IMG/VR virus record: IMGVR_UViG_3300017913_000420
Span: 1 to 29,489 of that record
DNA length: 29,489 bases
Origin: a virus
Lineage: Duplodnaviria > Caudoviricetes
Direction: 5' to 3' (one strand)
The notes beneath the pieces are model-generated. The model was not told the origin of the DNA and did not search any database. It saw only the letters and a list, made by a program, of their open reading frames with translations. Positions 18,452 to 25,283 of the stretch are shown here, piece by piece. The first letter of the stretch is position 1; every line of letters starts with the position of its first letter. Made by a program: the position numbers and the translations under genes.

Positions 18452-19320
18452 TTCTCAAATCCTTTTCTTGATTCCTTAACTATATCATCCATAGGCATTG
18501 TCGGCATTGGGTTTGCATTCTCAAGCTCTGGTGCTTGTGAAGCCTCTTCTTGTCTTCTGCCCATAAGACTAGCCTCGTATCCGTATTCGCCATAAGGGTC
18601 TTCTTCTGTTGTGCCAGGTTCAACAACAGACATTGCCATTTCTATGATGGTTGAATTGTCTGAATAGTTGAGACCTGCTGTTGCATAAGCTCTTCTAGCC
18701 TGTTTTGTCATTGGGTCAAAGTTATCGTGCTTCCATTGAGTAGCTTCTACTCTGTCCATCTGCTCAATAAGAACATTGTCTTTGAAATAATCTTGACCTA
18801 AAAACATATTCCGAGAAGCGTTTGTTCTTTTCATTACGCCCCTTGAGAACTCGCCATCAATAGTTGTAACGTCCATCTGCGCAATAACGCCCATACGAGC
18901 AGCGTTAATCATTTGCTCAGACGCATTGTTCTTAATCAACTTGCCGTAAGTGCTTATAGCCTCCATCATCTTAGGCATTTGCGTCCTTCCAGTGTTGTAT
19001 AGCGTTAGCAATACCGCGCCTCGCTCATGGTCTGGTAACTCAGACAAGCCAGGGTAGCTGCTTTCATGCGTTAAATACGCATCAGCAATTTTTCTTTCTA
19101 ACGCTTCTTGTTCTGGTGATTGGCTATATTTGCCGTTTGATTCAGTGACAATAGCAGCTTCGTAAGCATCTTGGTCTTTGTAAATCTCTTTATATTCAGG
19201 AGATAACTGTGAATATTTTATGTGGTAAGAGCCTACAGTGTCCTTAGAGTCTCTACCAATATCTGTACCGCCTGAAGACTCAACCTTCTTCAAGATGTCC
19301 AAGATTGCATCATTAGTCAT
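18448..19320 (-). CDS. Lysozyme-like protein (290 aa; start revised to MTNDAIL)
   Basis: ATG at 19320 overlaps the upstream stop (ATGACTAA). 'LKKVESSGG...D...TVGSYH', 'AVLLTLYNTG...MPKM' and 'G.FSRGVMKRT....MF' recall the lysozyme superfamily. Confidence 0.5.
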   Translation of the reverse strand: MTNDAILDILKKVESSGGTDIGRDSKDTVGSYHIKYSQLSPEYKEIYKDQDAYEAAIVTESNGKYSQSPEQEALERKIADAYLTHESSYPGLSELPDHERGAVLLTLYNTGRTQMPKMMEAISTYGKLIKNNASEQMINAARMGVIAQMDVTTIDGEFSRGVMKRTNASRNMFLGQDYFKDNVLIEQMDRVEATQWKHDNFDPMTKQARRAYATAGLNYSDNSTIIEMAMSVVEPGTTEEDPYGEYGYEASLMGRRQEEASQAPELENANPMPTMPMDDIVKESRKGFEK

Positions 19321-20077
19321 ATAAAGCTCCTGTGCCTTCGAGGATTGTTCCTCCAGCTCCAAACCGCTTACCACGAGTGCCGCGCCCACGCCCAGCACCA
19401 CCGAGAGCCGTTGTAGCCTGTGCAGCCACTTCCTCTTCTTCTGCGGCAACTTGGGCTGGTTGTCTGTCTTCTTTCGATGCAAGTCTTGCTTCTTCCAAAA
19501 CATTTGTCCTACTCAACTCAATAGAGCCACTTTTCTTTGCTTTCAGTGCAGCTTCTTGAAACGCTGTGTCACCAGAAAACTGACCAGCTTTGTTCACAAC
19601 ACCTACAGTCTTCCCCGTGTCGGTGTCAAAAACAGGTGTGCCAAAATCACGTAACTGTTTGATTTGATTCTCTAAATTAGTCCTGCTCATTGCCCCTGCC
19701 AATGCGCCAGCAGTGCCAGGTATGTTCGCTAGTCTATCACTAGCTAATCTCTCTGTTAATTCACCAATCGCCATAACTCGCGGAGCGTCAGCTCTACCTA
19801 GTTGCGTAGCCTGTCTGCGCTCCATGCTAGACATACCAGCTATCCTGTCTTCAACAGTAACTGGTGTAGCCGCTTTTACTGTAGGGCTAGGCGCACGTTC
19901 TGGTGTTCTTGATGCTTCCATAACGCCAGCAAGTGTTGATGTGTCTACACGGCCTGTTGTTCGCTGGGGAGTAGAAAGAGTAACGGAAGGTTTGTCACTG
20001 GCCCTTGGTGCGGATGCAATTCTAAAAGGCTGACGACCTGCACCGCCTGATGATGCGCCACTTGTTGATGAACTCAT
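19313..20077 (-). CDS. Hypothetical low-complexity Ser/Ala/Arg-rich protein (254 aa)
   Basis: RBS AGGAG after the TerL stop; C-terminal GRGRGTRGKRFGAGGTIL. Confidence 0.7.
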   Translation of the reverse strand: MSSSTSGASSGGAGRQPFRIASAPRASDKPSVTLSTPQRTTGRVDTSTLAGVMEASRTPERAPSPTVKAATPVTVEDRIAGMSSMERRQATQLGRADAPRVMAIGELTERLASDRLANIPGTAGALAGAMSRTNLENQIKQLRDFGTPVFDTDTGKTVGVVNKAGQFSGDTAFQEAALKAKKSGSIELSRTNVLEEARLASKEDRQPAQVAAEEEEVAAQATTALGGAGRGRGTRGKRFGAGGTILEGTGALYD

Positions 20078-20089
20078 TTGTCGTTCTCC

Positions 20090-21376
20090 TTAAACAGCAA
20101 AAGGGTTGTAGTCACTGACCGCTGTTTGCTGGGGCGGTCTGCTATAATTCTTACGATTCTCCAAACCCACAGCGAGGTAACGGAACGCATCCGCTGAATG
20201 CGATGTGAAATCGTGTCTAGGGTGGTCTCTAAACCTTTGCTTCTTTTCATCCCATTCCTGCCTATACTGTCGGAGCATATCTAGCCCCTCTTCACATTTA
20301 TCTCTATCAAAATAACATTTAGGTATTAGTAATCTTGCCGCGTTAATGCCATCCGCTACTTTCATTTTTGGGATGACTCTGAATCTGATTCCAAGGTTGT
20401 AGGCTGTTTCGAGTCGGCTTTTGCCCGACCCCAATTCCCTAACTTCAATGTCGTGAGGAGCGAGGTGGTCGCCATAATTATAGTCTTTCTTTGAGAGTAT
20501 ATCTGCATAATGGTCGAGACCAACCCCAGAACTCTCGTAATAATCAATAACATTGACCGAACCGCCTCTAAAAACCTGCGCGAACCAAATCGCTGTAGAA
20601 TCATTAACACCTAAATCCCATGCCGTATGCACAGGGTAGGCAGGGTCATAAGGAACTCTTGTAATGCGACCATCCTCATCAGCCGCCCCCAATAGCTTGC
20701 CATAATACGCACCGATGATTGCCGCAGTGAAGGAACACTCATATTCCTGCTCATACTGCTCTGGTGTCATCTGCGCTCTTGCAGCGTCTAATTCCTCTGG
20801 CTTTACCACGCCAGTCTCACTAGCCTTACAAATCTTAAAATACCAGTCTTTGTTCCCTTCTTCAACCTGTGATTTAGCTGTCTCCAACAAGTCAAAGAAG
20901 TGGTTGTGACCAGCAGGTGTGCCAAGGAAGCAAGCAGAACCCTGTCGGTCAGACAAAGCAGGACGCACTACCTCGCTCCATACTCTAGGACTTTGCATCC
21001 CAAATTCATCAAAAATACACTGGTCAAGGTAAATACCACGAAGCGCATCTGGGTTTTCAGCAGAGAGCAACATTAAACGCCCCCCGTTAGGGAAGTCAGC
21101 TCTCAATTCTGTTTCATTGAAGGTAACGCCAGGGATGTTGCCAGCAAAGAACTTAACATAATCCCACGCAATCCTCTTAGCCTGGGCAAAGGTAGGAGCA
21201 ACAAACGCTGTACGCGGTCTAGGAAGCTCACAGGTGAGCGTATGCTTAATCAGCTGATTAACAGCCCAGACAGTCTTGCCAAAGCGTCTGTGCATCACCA
21301 TGACGTTCCAGCGAGCTAACTGCGTGTGCATATCCTTTTGCAAAGGACGTGGCTTATATGGAATCTTTACCTGCAT
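20090..21376 (-). CDS. terL: Terminase large subunit (428 aa)
   Basis: Walker A HRRFGKT, Walker B LRGIYLDQCIFDEF, motif III GTP, RNase H-like nuclease WDLG..DST and HD..SH.ADAFRY. Confidence 0.95.
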   Translation of the reverse strand: MQVKIPYKPRPLQKDMHTQLARWNVMVMHRRFGKTVWAVNQLIKHTLTCELPRPRTAFVAPTFAQAKRIAWDYVKFFAGNIPGVTFNETELRADFPNGGRLMLLSAENPDALRGIYLDQCIFDEFGMQSPRVWSEVVRPALSDRQGSACFLGTPAGHNHFFDLLETAKSQVEEGNKDWYFKICKASETGVVKPEELDAARAQMTPEQYEQEYECSFTAAIIGAYYGKLLGAADEDGRITRVPYDPAYPVHTAWDLGVNDSTAIWFAQVFRGGSVNVIDYYESSGVGLDHYADILSKKDYNYGDHLAPHDIEVRELGSGKSRLETAYNLGIRFRVIPKMKVADGINAARLLIPKCYFDRDKCEEGLDMLRQYRQEWDEKKQRFRDHPRHDFTSHSADAFRYLAVGLENRKNYSRPPQQTAVSDYNPFAV

Positions 21377-21479
21377 TGCTGTTCTTTCTGGAATAACTGC
21401 CCTTGCCCTTTTTGGGCTTTACAACTCTTTTAGCAAAAAGACGAGACCGTAAAAGCTTTGCCATTGGATTACGCTTCAT
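21354..21479 (-). CDS. arfA: ArfA-like (alternative ribosome-rescue factor A) peptide, 41 aa, missing from the ORF track
   Basis: MKRNPMAKLLRSRLFAKRVVKPKKGKGSYSRKNSNAGKDSI. TGATG coupling with the TerS stop. Carries the LF..RV.K.KKGKGSY.RK signature. Confidence 0.75.
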   Translation of the reverse strand: MKRNPMAKLLRSRLFAKRVVKPKKGKGSYSRKNSNAGKDSI

Positions 21480-21859
21480 CAGTCTGTCTCCCAAACAATC
21501 CGAACTGTGCCATCACTGACCTCTACGCCAGCTCTGTTCTTCTGCTCACCATAACGCTCTGGCATAAACACCTTGTTCTTCCATCTTACATGATGCCCGT
21601 AATCCTTTAGCAAGTGTGGGTCATAATCCTTACGCCCCTCCAGTGCATCTAAATACATAGTGTCTAACGCTTCTAATTCACGTTCAGAGGCTTGAGCCTT
21701 GGCAGCATACACAGCCCCCTCTAGCTCCTTGTCATTGCCCATACGCTTGTATAACCCAGCGCGAGAAATGCCAGTTTGCTTGCAAGCATACACTAAGCTG
21801 CATCCCTCGCTGAGTAGCGAAATGATTTCGTCAGTCTTTGTCTTAGTAATTTTAGTCAT
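21479..21859 (-). CDS. terS: Terminase small subunit (126 aa)
   Basis: N-terminal HTH (LSEGCSLVYACKQTGISRAGLYK), helical middle, 'RW.......PERYG' motif; upstream of TerL. Confidence 0.75.
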   Translation of the reverse strand: MTKITKTKTDEIISLLSEGCSLVYACKQTGISRAGLYKRMGNDKELEGAVYAAKAQASERELEALDTMYLDALEGRKDYDPHLLKDYGHHVRWKNKVFMPERYGEQKNRAGVEVSDGTVRIVWETD

Positions 21860-21896
21860 GATGTGTGTGTCCAGAACAGGTATTTAACATACATAA

Positions 21897-21998
21897 ACGT
21901 GCGCCCGTGTGCGTGGGGGTGCGCGCGTGTGCGCATGCCCCCCTGCGTGTGTGCGCGTGCGTGTGCGTGCATGTAGGCGCGAGCATGTGCATGTGTGC
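21897..21998. repeat. Alternating purine-pyrimidine (GC/GT) tract with a G5...C5 inverted repeat
   Basis: Uninterrupted 32-nt RY run at 21944-21975 plus several runs of roughly 8-20 nt. Confidence 0.8.
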
Positions 21999-22155
21999 TA
22001 GTGATTGCTGTCATGTTTTCCCTATATAGTATTACTATGCGCGCTAGGCTGTCCACTGGTCAGAGTGTGTGCAAACACTAACAAACCAACCAACAACCCT
22101 TACAGCTGATTATAGCCCTATTCCCAACACTGTAAACTTTTTTTGCATAACCCTA

Positions 22156-22186
22156 TTGACAACGTGCAACCATTGCGTCATATAGA
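22156..22186 (+). promoter_or_regulatory. Sigma70-type early promoter
   Basis: TTGACA at 22156-22161, 17-nt spacer to CATATA (overlapping TATAGA), upstream T-tract; precedes the first plus-strand gene. Confidence 0.65.
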
Positions 22187-22211
22187 ATCACATGAGGCGC
22201 AAACACTGCGC
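22164..22211. promoter_or_regulatory. Two operator-like palindromes, GYGCA-N5-TGCGY
   Basis: GTGCA-ACCAT-TGCGT (22164-22178, inside the promoter spacer) and GCGCA-AACAC-TGCGC (22197-22211). Confidence 0.55.
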
Positions 22212-22237
22212 TAAACAATACAACGGGAGAAAAAACA

Positions 22238-22399
22238 ATGCTTACAATACCTTTTCACAACATCCGCAAAGGCATCACATTTTTTTACAATGGCAACGAA
22301 TATCGCAAGCAATCAACACGCACAGCAAGAATGATTCACAATAGCCGCGTATTTTACTTTGGCATGAATGATTCGTGCAAGATTCACATTGAATTTTAG
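22238..22399 (+). CDS. Hypothetical early protein, 53 aa (not in ORF track)
   Basis: RBS GGGAG; MLTIPFHNIRKGITFFYNGNEYRKQSTRTARMIHNSRVFYFGMNDSCKIHIEF. Confidence 0.7.
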   Translation: MLTIPFHNIRKGITFFYNGNEYRKQSTRTARMIHNSRVFYFGMNDSCKIHIEF

Positions 22400-22454
22400 A
22401 GACCGAGAACAACGGCTAGCGCATAACGCGCTAGTCACCAACGGAGGCAAGACC

Positions 22455-23036
22455 ATGCACAAGCACTTCACAAACCCAAGCGACCAGAAGCAAGGCCCGA
22501 ATTGTGGCGTGACAGCAACCGCAATCTGCGCGGGCGTTAGCTTCAACCGCGCTTGGAACGTCTACAAGACACTAGGCAAAGCATATTATGCAAAGCGAAA
22601 TTGGAAAGGCGGCACATTTACACGCGACCAAGCAACGGCATTGAGAAAGCTAGGCATAGAATGGCACGATGTAGATTTTAACAGATGCAATCTCAAGACA
22701 CTTGTGGCGACACTAGAGCGAGGCAAGGTGTATATGATAACAACTACTAGCCATGTCCAAACAGTCACAGTAGACGAGCGCGGCAACGGCTTTGTAGTCG
22801 ACCAACAAGGCGTAAAATCTATTGACGACTATTGGGGCAAAAAGAAATTTGTCACCAAAATTAGAGAAATCCACAACCCATTTAAAAACGCAGTAGAGCG
22901 CGAGCAAGTCATAGACGCACAAAAACGCGCACCTGCCCCAATTCCGACACAATCACACGACACACTATTTCCTAGCTTGTTTGAAGACAAGCGCAAAACA
23001 GCGCACTCAAGCGCGCAACAACTAACGCTATTTTAG
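22455..23036 (+). CDS. Early protein with possible C39/papain-like Cys-His fold (193 aa; start revised to MHKHF)
   Basis: RBS GGAGG before ATG 22455; 'QGPNCGVTATAI' and 'TTTSHVQTV'. Confidence 0.55.
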   Translation: MHKHFTNPSDQKQGPNCGVTATAICAGVSFNRAWNVYKTLGKAYYAKRNWKGGTFTRDQATALRKLGIEWHDVDFNRCNLKTLVATLERGKVYMITTTSHVQTVTVDERGNGFVVDQQGVKSIDDYWGKKKFVTKIREIHNPFKNAVEREQVIDAQKRAPAPIPTQSHDTLFPSLFEDKRKTAHSSAQQLTLF

Positions 23037-23048
23037 GGAGAATTAAAA

Positions 23049-23372
23049 ATGGCTATTACTCAAGAAATCACACGTTCACGTTTTATGGATGATTTACGCT
23101 CAGACGAATATGCAAACTGGACATATTCAGGCGCAAGCGCGCTTTATGATTACTTGCAAGAATTGTCTGATGACATGGGGCAGGATATAGAATTTGACCG
23201 CGTAGCTTTGCGCTGTGAATTTAACGAAACAACCATTGACGAATTAGCGGAGCAATACAGCAACCTAAAAGAAGAGGACGAAACACCGCTAGAATTTGCG
23301 GAGCGCATGGAACAAGAGCGCACAACCATCATCTGGATTGACCAGACCAACATCATCTATGGGGCGTTTTAA
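23049..23372 (+). CDS. Acidic early protein (107 aa)
   Basis: RBS GGGAG; about 26 D/E versus 8 K/R by manual count. Confidence 0.75.
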   Translation: MAITQEITRSRFMDDLRSDEYANWTYSGASALYDYLQELSDDMGQDIEFDRVALRCEFNETTIDELAEQYSNLKEEDETPLEFAERMEQERTTIIWIDQTNIIYGAF

Positions 23373-23374
23373 TC

Positions 23375-23587
23375 ATGGCTAGATTTGAAATAAAAGACGG
23401 GCAACCCGTAATAATCGACAAATGGACAGCGTTCGACATCATCGACCGCGCAACCCATCTAGGTGTGCCAAACATAGGCATAAACGAGGCCGCGCAAATC
23501 ATGCAACAAATAGTAAAAAGCCATGATTGCGAGATTGGCATAAATTGGGACGTGATAGACTATCACATAGAAACAATGGAGGCGTAG
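23375..23587 (+). CDS. Hypothetical protein (70 aa)
   Basis: Tight operon spacing; 'HDCEIGINWDVI' C-terminal motif. Confidence 0.7.
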   Translation: MARFEIKDGQPVIIDKWTAFDIIDRATHLGVPNIGINEAAQIMQQIVKSHDCEIGINWDVIDYHIETMEA

Positions 23588-23589
23588 AC

Positions 23590-23826
23590 ATGGACAACAC
23601 ACGCAAAGCAAAGAGGCGCACACCGCAAGGCCAAGACTGGGCTAGCGTTAAACTAAGATTAGAGCGCACACTTGACTGTCTAAAATGGGCTGAACAAGAG
23701 CTGAACCATACAAGCGAGCGCAAAAGCAAGCTGTTAGATTGGGCTAACGGAGACATAGACGCGGCAATGAGACGGGTCAGGCTCGCCTTGCGCAACATCG
23801 AGGACGGGACAGCGTGGCACGAATAA
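23590..23826 (+). CDS. Hypothetical protein (78 aa; start revised to MDNTRK)
   Basis: RBS GGAGG upstream of ATG 23590. Confidence 0.65.
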   Translation: MDNTRKAKRRTPQGQDWASVKLRLERTLDCLKWAEQELNHTSERKSKLLDWANGDIDAAMRRVRLALRNIEDGTAWHE

Positions 23827-23929
23827 GAGCCACACAGCAACGCAACGGGTCAGCGTGGTAGATTCCAACCTTGCTGACCTTTACCTGCCCTACACGGGCT
23901 TTAAATCGCGATTAAAGGAGTATTTAGCG

Positions 23930-24130
23930 ATGAATGACAAGTCAATAACGCATCTGCAAGAGGCAGAGCATCATTTGAGCCTAGCACGAATAGCAATGCG
24001 TGACGCTGTTTCGCTATTCGGCAAAACTGACCTTGCAAACCTAACCGCCCAAGAATCAGAGGTGGTAAACATCACAAGCGCAATAGAAAGCTATGCTACA
24101 GATTTATTTTTACTATTGGAAAGGAACTAG
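23930..24130 (+). CDS. Hypothetical protein (66 aa; start revised to MNDKS)
   Basis: RBS AAGGAG upstream of ATG 23930. Confidence 0.65.
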   Translation: MNDKSITHLQEAEHHLSLARIAMRDAVSLFGKTDLANLTAQESEVVNITSAIESYATDLFLLLERN

Positions 24131-24133
24131 CAG

Positions 24134-24313
24134 ATGAAATTAACCAAGCAACAGCGCAATGCGCTAATCATATGCGAGAACGCAGCGACCGAGTGGCTTT
24201 ACCTTGTCGAATCAAAACGCAAGGAATCAGACGAGCCATACGACCCAAGAGAAGCAAACTGGCTGCGCGAGCAAATAAACATTGTCGGCGAATTAGCCAG
24301 GGAAGAGGAGTAA
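24134..24313 (+). CDS. Hypothetical protein, 59 aa (not in ORF track)
   Basis: RBS AAGGA; MKLTKQQRNALIICENAATEWLYLVESKRKESDEPYDPREANWLREQINIVGELAREEE; fills the gap between neighbours. Confidence 0.65.
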   Translation: MKLTKQQRNALIICENAATEWLYLVESKRKESDEPYDPREANWLREQINIVGELAREEE

Positions 24314-24316
24314 AAA

Positions 24317-24547
24317 ATGTATATGGTAGTTCACACAATTAAGCACCCACTAAGCAACGCCAGGCAGTATGAGACCTTCGAGGACAACTATCAGCTGTGC
24401 GACACGAGGCAAGAGGCGCAAGAAATAGCTTCACGCCTAATCAGAACCAGACCAAACGGCCTTTATAGCTATGCAATCTGTGAAGTATTAGAAGCAAGCG
24501 AACCGCATTGGGTAGAGAAGAAAGAAAATTGGGGGACTGACGTATGA
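24317..24547 (+). CDS. Hypothetical protein (76 aa)
   Basis: RBS GAGGAG; ATGA coupling to the next gene. Confidence 0.7.
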   Translation: MYMVVHTIKHPLSNARQYETFEDNYQLCDTRQEAQEIASRLIRTRPNGLYSYAICEVLEASEPHWVEKKENWGTDV

Positions 24548-24738
24548 CCATAATCAACGAGAGCTTAATTGAATTATGGGCTTGTCTTGACTGTGGTTGG
24601 CAAGGTGACGAGTCACAACTGCGAGCAATCCACAACGACAAGGCAGCGCAAACCGAGCTAGTTTGCCCAGAGTGCGACTGCTCACCATACCCACACACAG
24701 AACACGCAAAGCTATTGCGCGAGAGAGGCGAAGCATGA
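24544..24738 (+). CDS. Zinc-ribbon protein (64 aa)
   Basis: CLDCGW...CPEC, two CxxC motifs. Confidence 0.7.
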   Translation: MTIINESLIELWACLDCGWQGDESQLRAIHNDKAAQTELVCPECDCSPYPHTEHAKLLRERGEA

Positions 24739-24905
24739 CAAGCGAGCAATTCAAAACGAAGCGAGAAATTTTAAGCTTCACACAGCAACAACTAGCCGAC
24801 AGGCTCGGACTGTCTAAGCGAATCATACAATACTATGAAGCAGGACAGGACATACCACGCACTGTAGAGCTTGCTCTTACAGCCTTAGAACTAGACCACA
24901 AATAG
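24735..24905 (+). CDS. XRE/Cro-family HTH regulator (56 aa; start revised to MTSEQF)
   Basis: 'R.....TQQQLADRLGLSKRIIQYYEAG..IP' is a canonical XRE HTH. ATGA overlap; RBS GAGG. Confidence 0.85.
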   Translation: MTSEQFKTKREILSFTQQQLADRLGLSKRIIQYYEAGQDIPRTVELALTALELDHK

Positions 24906-24915
24906 GAGAATAAAG

Positions 24916-25107
24916 ATGATTCTAGTAGCAGTATTTACAACAGCATTATGGTTCAGCAGCAATGATGAGTTTGTTGAACGCACTAATCAAAACGCAGCGG
25001 ACGGAATGACTTGGCATTATGTCGGCAAGCAAGAGCCAGATGGAAACCCTGCACTAACTGTGCAAGCACAGAATGGCGAAGAATTTATATTGTGGAAAAT
25101 GCAGTAA
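24916..25107 (+). CDS. Hypothetical protein with hydrophobic N-terminus (63 aa)
   Basis: RBS AGGAG; MILVAVFTTALWF may be a membrane anchor. Confidence 0.65.
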   Translation: MILVAVFTTALWFSSNDEFVERTNQNAADGMTWHYVGKQEPDGNPALTVQAQNGEEFILWKMQ

Positions 25108-25137
25108 TACTAAGCTGCACTACTATGTAATACAGCT

Positions 25138-25169
25138 AGGCACTACTCACTAAGTAGTGCCTTTTTTTT
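25138..25169 (+). terminator. Intrinsic terminator of the early operon
   Basis: AGGCACTACT-CACTA-AGTAGTGCCT, a perfect 10-bp stem followed by a T-run. Confidence 0.88.
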
Positions 25170-25272
25170 ATTAAAAATAAAAAGAAGTTTAGCTAGTGCT
25201 AGGGGAACTACCTAGTAATATAGCTAAGTAATACGCTTTCAATAGCATGAATTTCAGCTTGGCGCAATACCC

Positions 25273-25281
25273 TGTGGATAA
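25273..25281 (-). promoter_or_regulatory. Perfect DnaA box (TTATCCACA)
   Basis: Plus-strand TGTGGATAA in an intergenic region near an AT-rich stretch and short direct repeats. Confidence 0.55.
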
Positions 25282-25283
25282 CT

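Noticed and set aside
19321-19503. N-terminal extension of the 351-aa ORF, with an apparent hydrophobic segment suggesting a SAR endolysin
   Set aside because: It overlaps the upstream gene by about 190 nt from a TTG. ATG 19320 gives the typical 8-nt coupled overlap.
3305-21887. Numerous plus-strand ORFs of 60-180 aa opposite structural genes
   Set aside because: Ser-rich antisense mirror frames of real minus-strand genes, with no independent signals.
22020-22034. TAATACTATATAGGG on the minus strand, resembling a T7 promoter
   Set aside because: It lacks the GACTCAC specificity core, occurs once, and no phage RNA polymerase gene is present in the window.
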